Shown one piece after another: positions 43,201 through 64,000 of a stretch of DNA of 64,000 nucleotides. Made by a program: the position numbers and the translations under genes. The notes under the pieces are model-generated. The model saw nothing but the letters and a program-made list of their open reading frames with translations. It was not told the DNA's origin and did not search any database. Within the stretch, counting starts at the first letter, position 1, and each line of letters starts with the position of its first letter. Source of the DNA: Tubiluchus corallicola (lineage: Eukaryota; Animalia; Priapulida); contig JAQGDQ010000311.1 of the NCBI GenBank assembly GCA_030141605.1, positions 124,001-188,000 of the forward strand, given 5' to 3'.

Positions 43201-46200
43201 TCATATTCTCAAACATGTTAAAACAAGAAATTTAGTGTGTTTAGAATAAACAAAGCACACTGTTTAGTACCACCTAAAAAAGTCTCAAAATCTTTCTTGA
43301 CATGTTCAGCTAAATTTCACCTAGCTATCTCCTTAAATGTTCAGCTAGCCCATTAAATGTACAGCTAGCCCATTAAATGTACAGCTAGCCCATTAAATGT
43401 CCAGCTAGCTCATTAAATGTTCAGCTAGCCCGTTAAATGTTCAGCTAGCCCGTTAAATGTTCAGCTAGCCTGCACCCACCATGTTTGTTTTGCTTGTTTC
43501 ACCTCTTTTCATAACCTCTAATACCATCACCAGTTAGCGAGCTGCTTCTCTCAGCGTGTAAACAAACCATGCGCAACCCAAACTTCTAGTACGTCGTGAA
43601 AGACTTTTAGAAGTATATTATTCAAGACTTCAAGAAATGACGAGCAAATTGGTGTGAGTAAAGATGTTCACACAATTTAATGTGAATTTTCTGCGGCACA
43701 ATCACCAGATTTACTAAAACAAACTTGATCGAATGTACAGCGATGTACTCAGCCGAAATGAATCTAGTCAAATTCACTAATACAGTGAAAAGGGATTATG
43801 CTACAAATGTTTGTCAACAACTTATAACAAAGCATGTATAACACTCAGCATTTTCCTCTTAAATAGTAATTTCCTAGTAAATTTGAAACATAATAAAAGA
43901 TAATACACAACCATAAAGCTGTTTCAAATAAACTACTTAACACCATAATAAAAGCTGGCTAGTGTTTTTCGATACTCGGTGATCACAGTAACTTACACCA
44001 TAAATGCCTCCGCTGTGAGCAGTAGGTGTGCCTATTTCGTGTTTCAGTGCACCTGTTTTGCCGTCGTAAAGAAAACACTTCCCATCGGCACCGCCTGTGG
44101 CAAAATGAGCGCCATCTGGTGAGAATCGTACTGTGTTGACAAATCGTGTGTGATCCTGCAACAAAGTAATTCATTCTAGGTGAGATCGCTGTATTAGAAA
44201 ATTGTTGAAAGATGCTACTATGAAAAAGAATACATTGCAGAATTACCGTGTATACGTGTTTACAAGTCGACCTTATGTACAAGCCGATGTGCATTTTAAG
44301 ACCAAAAATTGCATCATTTTATATATTACCTGAGTACAAGTCGACCATAAAATATTAAGATCTTCCAGAGTAAATGATGTCAATAATGGCCGAGTAATAA
44401 ATCAATAGCCTACTGCGTTAGTGTGGTCCTGCAGAAGCCGACAGGCGGTAGCAGTTGCACAACATTGGCGATTGCCATGTTCTGAACGGGTGCTCCGTCG
44501 CTAGTTTATTTTACTGATAATAAATAAATTTTACCGATAATAAATAAATAAAATTGAGTTACGCGATTTTGAGTTACGTGGAGTTTACTGTATTACTTTT
44601 GCACTTACGTTAACCTTTGTATCAAGACTAAACGCCCGACTAACAAATCGTTCTACTTCAAAATTGACACATACCTGTTCACTAAGTGAAAATTTGAAAG
44701 GTGGTCCCTCGTAAAAGTTAACCTGGTTATCCTCGCTGGCAGTGACAATGCGGAACGGTCTGGCTTGTCGGTAGTCGACAGAATTGATGGGTTTCGAATG
44801 GCCGATGATTTCTCCCACAGATGACCCCGTCTCGACAAGAAACACTCGTCCGTAGCTGAAATAAAACTGCTTGCATAGAAGCTACCTAAATATTGTAATT
44901 GCATTTTGATGTTGCATGTTTGTTGTGGAGATTGCTGACATCAATTAGAATTACATAGAACATCGTAGAATGTTCCGTCGGAATGACCACCTTACCGTCT
45001 GGATTGTTCTCAAACATTTGTTCTGGAAGTTTCTACAGCGCGCTATATAAGGAAAAGCAGGCCGCCGACACGAGAGCACACAGATTTAACACGGACTTAT
45101 ACTTGTATACTAACATTTTCAGATATACTTAAACGTTTTCCAGATTTTCACGTTTATAGTAATCGTTTCTCGTTCCTTCATACTTTTGTGTAGTAGAATT
45201 CTTGCTAAATAAAGTAGTTTTATTTTACGGCGTGTTTTCTGGCTTTCTCTACGAGCCTTCCGAGAGAAACAAAACACAACAATGTTCTAACTATGAAGAC
45301 ATCCAGGTAAACACTAAATCAGCTGCTAATATTATGCTTTATCCAATATTTGTCCGTAGTGTCTGTTCTATAGCGTTTATGACCTGCATTCAAAAATTGT
45401 ACCACAGCACTTCGCGTATCTTAAAATTCTGTTGAATAACACAATTAGCACAGTTAATTGAAAAACAGGCCTAACATATGTCCCAAGATGTTATCAATAC
45501 CAAGCCTAGTTTATAATATTTCCTATTGATGGAAAATGTCAATGTTACATCACTGCAATCCATTGAAGTAAAGAATGTAAAATTAAAATAAAGCATAATA
45601 GCAATCTAATCATGTATTACAAGTTGAACCAGTTGATCATGTAACACAGCGTCACAAAATTGCACCATGTTATGCTTTGGGTTGTTACGTTTGATAAATT
45701 AAATGAAATACTTCTGCCTGAAAACCTTAATATAGCTGCCTTAGGAACTAATGATCTGTTGAAGTTGTTATTATTCGGTAAAGATGAATTTAACTATGTT
45801 GCTAACTGTAAAAGATTCCAATGCATACATGACTTTATATTACGTACTAAACGCATCCAGTAGTTTCCAGTGATATGAAATGCATCAGTCTTAAATATTC
45901 GTACATTAATATTTTCTAACCGTCATTTTCTACTAATGTCTAAAGCAATCTAGTAGTAAAACTTGTCAGCTTGTGTAGTTATAGTCAATTCTTACTGTAA
46001 ATGTTCTTGTAAATAGTGTATAAAGTCTGTTGTGGTGAGGATCCTAAATCATGTTGTTCAAACTGTCAGATCCAATCCTAAATAAATTATGTTTAACTAA
46101 AATTGCACCAAACAAAAAACTGAAATCACACATACCTGTCTCTTCCTTCCCCAGCGACGACCATTCTCTGGTTGTCCGGAGACCAAGAAATATCTTTGAT

Positions 46201-49200
46201 TGCTCCACCTAGTGGCTGATATTCGGTCTTTAGTATGTGCTCTTTGTTTGTGGTGTCCCATATTCTTAGTCTACCATACTGGTCTGAAAAACAAATAACC
46301 GAGTTATCATCAAAAACAAATTAAAAATAAATCTTTCCAACATAATTTGAAAAGCAACCAGTTCATAGAATTTAATGCTGATTAATTATGTTGGCTTTGT
46401 TCACACTTGTTTGCGTTTGGTCTAGTTTACTTACAAATATAACGTCAAAAATCTAGTCAGTTGATACATTTATAATCTGCCTGAAAAATGACGTCGAGTA
46501 TCACGTACATTTTATCAAAGGTAAGATTGAGAAAAAGACACATTGCAATCTTTTATAACCATAAATAAAAGAGAAAATGATTGGAATTACGGCTTTATTC
46601 CAACTTAAAGAGCAGCGCCATTCCAATTACAAGTTAAGGTGCACTGCTTAAAAGAACACAAACCAAAGTGTTGTAACATGCATAGATGTTAATTAGTTAC
46701 TCAACATTATAACAAAATCTAAGCAGCAAACACATACGTCAACATGAATATCAAATCAAGTAAGGATTGAATAACGACCAAATTACGTAAATCAAACTGT
46801 ATTTGTCAACAAAACGTGAGAAAATTGTAAAAACATTACAGTGAAATGTATTATAAAATTTTAGGAAGAATTCACAAAAACACACATGAACTATCTCAGC
46901 AATAGAGTTTAATTCTACAAAAGAAATGAAGCCGTCATACCACCAGAAGCAATGTAGAAGCCACTCGGAGAATACTTGGCACATGTTGTCAATGTAGAAT
47001 GCTGTGTGTAAACATCAGCTTGGCCAGGGTTCTGTTCAAAATAGAAATATATTAAACACCAGTAAAGATCATATTAAACCGTCAGAAAAGAAATATTTCA
47101 AAAGTATTGAGAGTAACACAGTTTGATAATGGTAATCACCTGCGTTCTTTTTCCACAGTAATCTTAATAAAACGTGACTATGTTCAACAGGTTACTGAAC
47201 ACTTTATAATCATGATCACAGTTTTTCTTAGTTCTCTAGTTCTCGCACCATTTCATCTTTCATTCACTACTCCCCCCCCCACTTTTATGTATATATTATC
47301 ATTATCTCAATTATTAATCACTTTTTTAAGATTTCTACGTACAGTTTGGCCTGTCAAGCTATGTTTTTAAGCTCAAACTGTGTGCATCAAAATTACTCAG
47401 TAATGCAATTTGCACATGTATATGCTGCATAAGAATCTCTTTTGTAATTTCTGGATAATGTTCCATTTATATTTATATTGACTTCAGTGAAATTATCTGT
47501 GTTTTTATTATAACTGTTAGATGCAGAGTGGAAATAAATAAAGCTATAAACTTATGTACATTCATGTATCATCCCTAATTAGACTATGTAACCTGATTAT
47601 ATTGTACTGAATGTGATAATAATAAAAACTTCAAAAACTTCAACTTCATTTGTGGTAATAAAAGTAAATTGCTACAATTTTATATCTCACACTTAAAGCA
47701 CAAGAAAACCTTCCACTTACGTAAAGCTTAAAAAATTCGTCTTCAAATTTTATACCACTTACGTACTGTTTTTTTTATACGCAGGACTTGCGTCGGCAGC
47801 AACACTGTATAAAACATGTAAATTTAAACTTTTGTGGTCACCGTTAGACACAGTCATTTCGATGACAAGTCATTTGAAACAAGTTTTGATAACACCGAGT
47901 AAAGTTTCAAGAAATAATGACAGCATTTGTAGGGCACATGTCACTAACTAAGTAAAATTTTTAAATTACTGTATCTTGTCAATAAGATTAAGTTTTTGGT
48001 TAGTGAGTGGTGTACCCTGGAGGGTGTGAGTCAGCGACATTTTCCCAATTGGTGAAACATTTTAAATAATTAATTATTTTCTTTTTTAGTTACATAAGTC
48101 TTTCAAAACAGGTAAGTAATATAATATAATTATAATATTCTAAGTAATATAATTTTTTAAGGCGAGTTTTCTGAAACATATTTCAGGTACCCCTTTTCTT
48201 GTCCTTCAACAAATGTTTACACATACATATTTATAAAATTACAATACAGTACCAGCAAATTGCTTACATTGTTCTTCAGTTTCAACCACTCTGAATTTGG
48301 ATTTGAAAGCACATGTGCGATGATTGTAAAAAATTACCTGCAGGTCACGTATAATTACGCTGTTCCCATTCACATAGACAATGTTCTTTCCCTTTGGATC
48401 AGCTCCAAGAACAATGGGTACACCGCGGCTTGTACGTGGCAGTGAAGCATAGATAGACTCTACAAAACAGGCGTCACAATTAAAATTCAAATTTGCTATA
48501 CCAATAAGTCTAAGAAACACAAAGTATCACGCAGCGTTACTTAACTTTTCTGCATTTTATATTAGATTCCTAAAGTGATAAGATTAGTTCCTAAAGTATT
48601 TGATTAAGAGTGTAGTAAACTAGAGAAGTTTTACATGAATGAGTGGAATTCCTGCCTGCACATCGTGTCCTGATTTTTATAATTCTGCATGAACTGGGTA
48701 TTTTGATTGAGAGATCCTTAATTTTCTCATTCTGCTTCCTGTGACCCAACCAGGCATGCAAGTAATTTATATGTTCTCACCAACTTTAAAATACAAGAAC
48801 ACTTGCTGCTTTGTGAGATGGTCACCCACTCTAGCTATTTCAGATACTTTACAAATCTGCCAAACTTCTAATTCTTAAAACATTTTAAACTCACATTCTA
48901 CTAAATTTAGGAAGATCTGTTCAGGCTGTTAAACAACTTAAAGATAAAGCCATAGCACCCTGTCTTGCCTAAGAACAAAGCTGCTTCACCAAGTCTTGTG
49001 AAGGAAAATTGCCTGTAGACCTCAGAGCAAATTATGCACTAAAATCGACTTGTGCTTAATATCTGCCTTACTGCTTAAATCTGTTTTTAGAAAATGCAAG
49101 TACTAGTTGCATGTTGTCACTAGTAAGTAGTAACTATAAAGTAAACAGAGCAGGCAAGAGTGTTTGCTCTACTTAGTACACATAGTGCAGCAATGAGGGC

Positions 49201-49459
49201 TTCAGTCTGTGTAACCCAACGCTCTAGCAGCTTCCCAGTATTATAATTTATAGTTTCACTGTTCTTAAATTAAGAACGTGATATACCGGTACAGCACTAA
49301 TCTTACATTACTTGGATTCTCTTAAGTCTTGACACAGCTTCAAAGCCACATTTTAACAAATCACATGCCTTAGATTTTATAACTGTTCGCTAAATGGCAG
49401 GATAATTAAAAAGCACTCATGCGTAATAATACAATTTACTTACTTAAAGAAAAAGACAT
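32883..49459 (-). CDS. WDR1: WD40-repeat actin-interacting protein 1 (AIP1/WDR1), complete 14-exon CDS, 602 aa
   Basis: Manually spliced exons are all phase-compatible and sum to 1809 nt. Peptide [31 protein letters not shown]...[12 protein letters not shown]...[12 protein letters not shown]...GPPFKF...AHSGGIYG...[14 protein letters not shown] matches recalled WDR1/AIP1 motifs. Confidence 0.95.
33262..34236. mobile_element. Degenerate Tc1/mariner-pogo-like TIR element
   Basis: Right end TTAAGCGCCTACTG|TA; left end has related gcttaataactcac / gcttaattgact subterminal motifs. Confidence 0.4.
34469..34619 (-). CDS. WDR1: WDR1 exon 13
   Basis: TAG|[50 protein letters not shown]|GTAAGT. Confidence 0.93.
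35248..35418 (-). CDS. WDR1: WDR1 exon 12
   Basis: TAG|[10 protein letters not shown]...[35 protein letters not shown]|GTAAGC. Confidence 0.93.
35598..35728. repeat. ~70-bp imperfect tandem duplication
   Basis: tctctctgaacttct(t/c)attcaatgttatatcataaca(a/g)aaga occurs twice. Confidence 0.75.
36257..36449 (-). CDS. WDR1: WDR1 exon 11
   Basis: TAG|[14 protein letters not shown]...[21 protein letters not shown]|GTAAGT. Confidence 0.92.
36515..37011. mobile_element. Tc1/mariner-pogo (Tigger-like) MITE
   Basis: TA|CAGTCAACCTCGGATATAAGG ... CCTTATACCCGAAGTTGACTG|TA; repeated subterminal cttata motifs. Confidence 0.85.
37646..37800. repeat. (GA)n microsatellite / purine tract
   Basis: Direct inspection. 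Confidence 0.92.
38091..38244 (-). CDS. WDR1: WDR1 exon 10
   Basis: AC|[51 protein letters not shown]|GTAAGC. Confidence 0.9.
38245..39949 (-). other. U12-type (minor spliceosome) AT-AC intron of WDR1
   Basis: Donor ATATCCTTT (39949-39941), branch site TTCCTTAAT (~38261-38253), terminal AC (38246-38245). Splicing restores the in-frame DGIV-M-CWN. Confidence 0.88.
38839..39588. repeat. 57-58-bp minisatellite, 13 copies, inside the U12 intron
   Basis: Unit gagatacctgtgacacaggatagagtacatgttattacaacctaactcttctcRtcgt. Confidence 0.95.
39950..40031 (-). CDS. WDR1: WDR1 exon 9 (followed by AT-AC intron)
   Basis: CAG|[27 protein letters not shown]+A|ATATCCTTT. Confidence 0.9.
40137..40385. repeat. 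(TTG/CTG)n microsatellite
   Basis: Direct inspection. Confidence 0.92.
41248..41389 (-). CDS. WDR1: WDR1 exon 8
   Basis: TAG|[47 protein letters not shown]|GTACGT. Confidence 0.93.
41472..42019 (-). mobile_element. Tigger/pogo-like deletion derivative with transposase N-terminal remnant
   Basis: TA|CAGCGATACCTCGA ... TCAAGGTTCCACTG|TA; minus strand reads [32 protein letters not shown], like the HTH-psq start of Tigger transposases. Confidence 0.72.
42606..42697 (-). CDS. WDR1: WDR1 exon 7
   Basis: CAG|[30 protein letters not shown]|GTAAGC. Confidence 0.92.
43333..43470. repeat. 20-bp tandem repeat, ~7 copies
   Basis: Unit cattaaatgttcagctagcc. Confidence 0.9.
43997..44155 (-). CDS. WDR1: WDR1 exon 6
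   Basis: CAG|[35 protein letters not shown]...AHSGGIYG|GTAAGT. Confidence 0.94.
44675..44855 (-). CDS. WDR1: WDR1 exon 5
   Basis: CAG|[61 protein letters not shown]|GTATGT. Confidence 0.94.
44921..45281 (+). mobile_element. Solo LTR of an LTR retrotransposon
   Basis: TGTTGTG...CACAACA termini, exact 5-bp TSD ATGTT (44916-44920 / 45282-45286), TATATAA at ~45044, AATAAA at ~45208. Confidence 0.85.
45690..46100 (+). mobile_element. LINE (CR1/L2-like) ORF2 tail plus 3'UTR fragment
   Basis: [35 protein letters not shown] resembles the LLFG...N..IF...FI..TKRF terminus; followed by AATAAA. Confidence 0.55.
46136..46283 (-). CDS. WDR1: WDR1 exon 4
   Basis: CAG|[49 protein letters not shown]|GTATGT. 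Confidence 0.93.
46941..47031 (-). CDS. WDR1: WDR1 exon 3
   Basis: CAG|[30 protein letters not shown]|GTATGA. Confidence 0.93.
48338..48459 (-). CDS. WDR1: WDR1 exon 2
   Basis: TAG|...[41 protein letters not shown]|GTAATT. Confidence 0.93.
49444..49459 (-). CDS. WDR1: WDR1 coding exon 1 (MSFSL+A)
   Basis: ATGTCTTTTTCTTTAA|GTAAGT; 16 nt, phase 1 fits exon 2. Confidence 0.8.
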
Positions 49460-50589
49460 AATTTTGTTGAAAAATAACGAACAACACACTAAAAAAACCA
49501 CTCACACCCGCACGGAAACTACCTGCGAGTGTCCTGCCGGTGCGACGCTGCTGCCCTCTACAGTAATTATTTTCATCCTCTTTCCTTATATGGTTACGAA
49601 CTTACAAGTAACAGCGGAGTGGTGTTTCGAGTCTGTTGCTGATTCACCGCATTCGACAATCAGTAGAAATTAAAATAGAGCTTAGAACTCACTGATCTCA
49701 CTATTAGGTTAATAATTTGTCTCCCATTCAATTCGTTTCAAAGGTTTATTTATCTCTAATATAATATTTATAACGCAATTACAACAAATTATGTAAAGTA
49801 TGTAGAGATAGAGTGGCGAAAGACCAGGAGGTCATCGAGTCAGCCACCCCTATATAACTTAGAAATATTATAAAGCACGGCAGACTACATGTGAAGTATA
49901 TACCTTAAGTGAATAATACGTGGTTAGGTCTTAAGTGTAGCAAATAAACAAGATGCAGAGCAGTTATATTATAATTATACCAATAGAAAAAAAGCAAGCA
50001 AATAATGAAGACAATTAAAAATTAAAACAACAACTGAACAAGTCATGAATGCATCAACAAAAAAGCAAGCAATCTGGTTAAATCATAAATGCAGCGACAA
50101 CAAAAAAAAACAAAAGGAAGAAAATTTGTGCAGTAAGCTCCTACTTTAGTAATTAACGAATCGGGCCTTTTATCACTAAGAACAAAACGTAGCTCACGCA
50201 GAATTTTTTTGTAACTTTAGAATAGTACATTTTGTCGAAACTTTTGATGTAGATCATTACAAGCATTTAAAGTAAATGAAATAGTGTAAAACCTGGCATA
50301 AACATCAGTCTAACTGCAGCCATTTCACTGTTACAACTTAACGTAAGTAGGTAACGCAACCCATCTATTATCTACATACTACAGGTAATAGAAAAATTCA
50401 TGAGACTTTGTTCTGCTCCTTAACCAGATGATTTGACTCTGTGGTAGCACTTTTCCCAGAATTTATTTTACAGGTTAGTGCAATCACTGCTCTCTCAGCA
50501 GCTTGTGCTGCCACCTGTTAACTGTTCAGATAATTTGCTTTGCTTTCAGGTGTTTCTTTATGCTGCTATGACAAGAAAAATCTGAGTTG

Positions 50590-50660
50590 TAATAGTGAGT
50601 GTTTCGATACAAAGTTAAGTAATGTGGGTCTGGTTAGTAAATGGATGGATAATTGCTTCT
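50590..50660 (+). mobile_element. Degenerate 5S-rRNA-like (SINE3-type) fragment; related pieces at ~54125-54165 (+) and ~56440-56490 (-)
   Basis: aagttaagtaatgtgggtctggttagtaaatggatgg resembles the 5S internal control region GAAGCTAAGCAGGGTCGGGCCTGGTTAGTACTTGGATGG. Confidence 0.35.
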
Positions 50661-51834
50661 GATCAACTTCACGTGTCATACTGCCTCTGATTATTCATAT
50701 CATACACTCATCCGGATGTGGCTAAGGTACCTTCAGTGGTTTAGGGTCTTAATTATCTTATATTATCTTAGATAAATTGCTAAATTCCAGTCCTGCCACA
50801 ACCTGTTATGTCTATGTCTATTATACACTACCTGATCTAGATCAAAAATGCAAAAGCAAACAAATTTAAAAGAAAGCATAATCCAACGAATATAATTATA
50901 AGTATATAAAAATCTCTCAAATAATTTATTTATAAATTATCCACATATAACAACTAACAAGGTTGTAGTATCATCTTCACTATAATAAATGTATAAAATT
51001 CTGTGTATTAATTTGTAAACACGTAAATTAATTCTGTTTTTGTTACCCAACTTTTGTGTTTGACAGCGAACATATAACAAACCATTTTTGCTTGCCCAAA
51101 CAAATTATATAAGCCCAATGCATTTTATGCAGTTCACAGAAACTGACATATTTGCTTGAATAACAGCCAATGTATGGAGAAATATATAGAGTCAAATCAA
51201 ATGCTCCATAACAGGCCACATTTTGTATTTAGCAGTGCAATAATCAGTTCTTGTTCTCCACATCAAGACAGAACTGCCCCAAATAGGCCTTGAAAAAAGC
51301 TATATCACCAATGAAAATCCTTTATCACAGCTTCATAGGCAGGGCTACTAACGACTACCACAAAAATACCCTTCCAAGTGCTTGCCTGTACCCCTGTTGC
51401 TTATCTTTGGAAACTACTCATGAAACTTTCTGTCAATAAATGAATATCATTGAATAAATACTTCAATTTGTTATCAATAACGACTAGAATTAAACACTTG
51501 TAAACAACAAAATTACAAAACACAACAAAAATATTAAATATGAATAATATTTAGTTACCTATTTTTACATAACACGCATCAAAATGTACGAATCAATTTA
51601 AACACAAATATATCTCCTTGCCATAACTGTCAAATATATGTGACATACACATATATAGAGGCAAATTCTATCTATAATCTACATAAGTTTTAAACATGAA
51701 TTGTGCGCCACAATGAGTTAAATAAAATACTCTGCTAGAATATAATGGATGGACTCCAATGGACAAAGATTGAAAATGTGACAGCATGAAAATGTGTCTC
51801 CATGTTTAGAAGATAAAACTTAAAATGGCCCGGT

Positions 51835-64000
<12,166 letters not shown>

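Noticed and set aside
50590-50660. Functional 5S rRNA gene
   Set aside because: Only a short degenerate internal-control-region-like stretch, not a full ~120-nt gene.

Overview
AT-rich metazoan (invertebrate-like) genomic DNA, not prokaryotic. Three intron-rich genes lie head-to-tail on the minus strand. (1) The 3' part of a ZNF474-like C2HC/C3H zinc-finger gene has 6 visible coding exons (64000->51835), with its 5' end beyond the window. (2) A complete WDR1/AIP1 gene has 14 coding exons (49459->32883; 1809 nt, 602 aa by my manual splice) and includes one U12-type AT-AC minor intron. (3) The 5' part of an NDRG-family (CG2082/ZK1073.1-like) gene has two firm exons (10026-10076, 4348-4411) and several candidate alternative first exons; I found no further exon, so it probably continues off the left edge. 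Introns carry many minisatellites (16, 20, 37, 47, 58, 79 and 100 bp units), microsatellites, MITEs (Tigger/pogo-like, Kolobok-like, hAT-like), LINE 3' fragments, SINE-like pieces and a solo LTR with a 5-bp TSD. The most unusual observations are a ~10x tandem amplification of the NDRG exon's own 3' splice site, an AT-AC intron filled with a hairpin minisatellite, a solo LTR with heat-shock elements pointing antisense into WDR1, and motifs shared between different intronic arrays. All models were built by eye with no database searches. I see no firm evidence of a wholly new multi-gene system.
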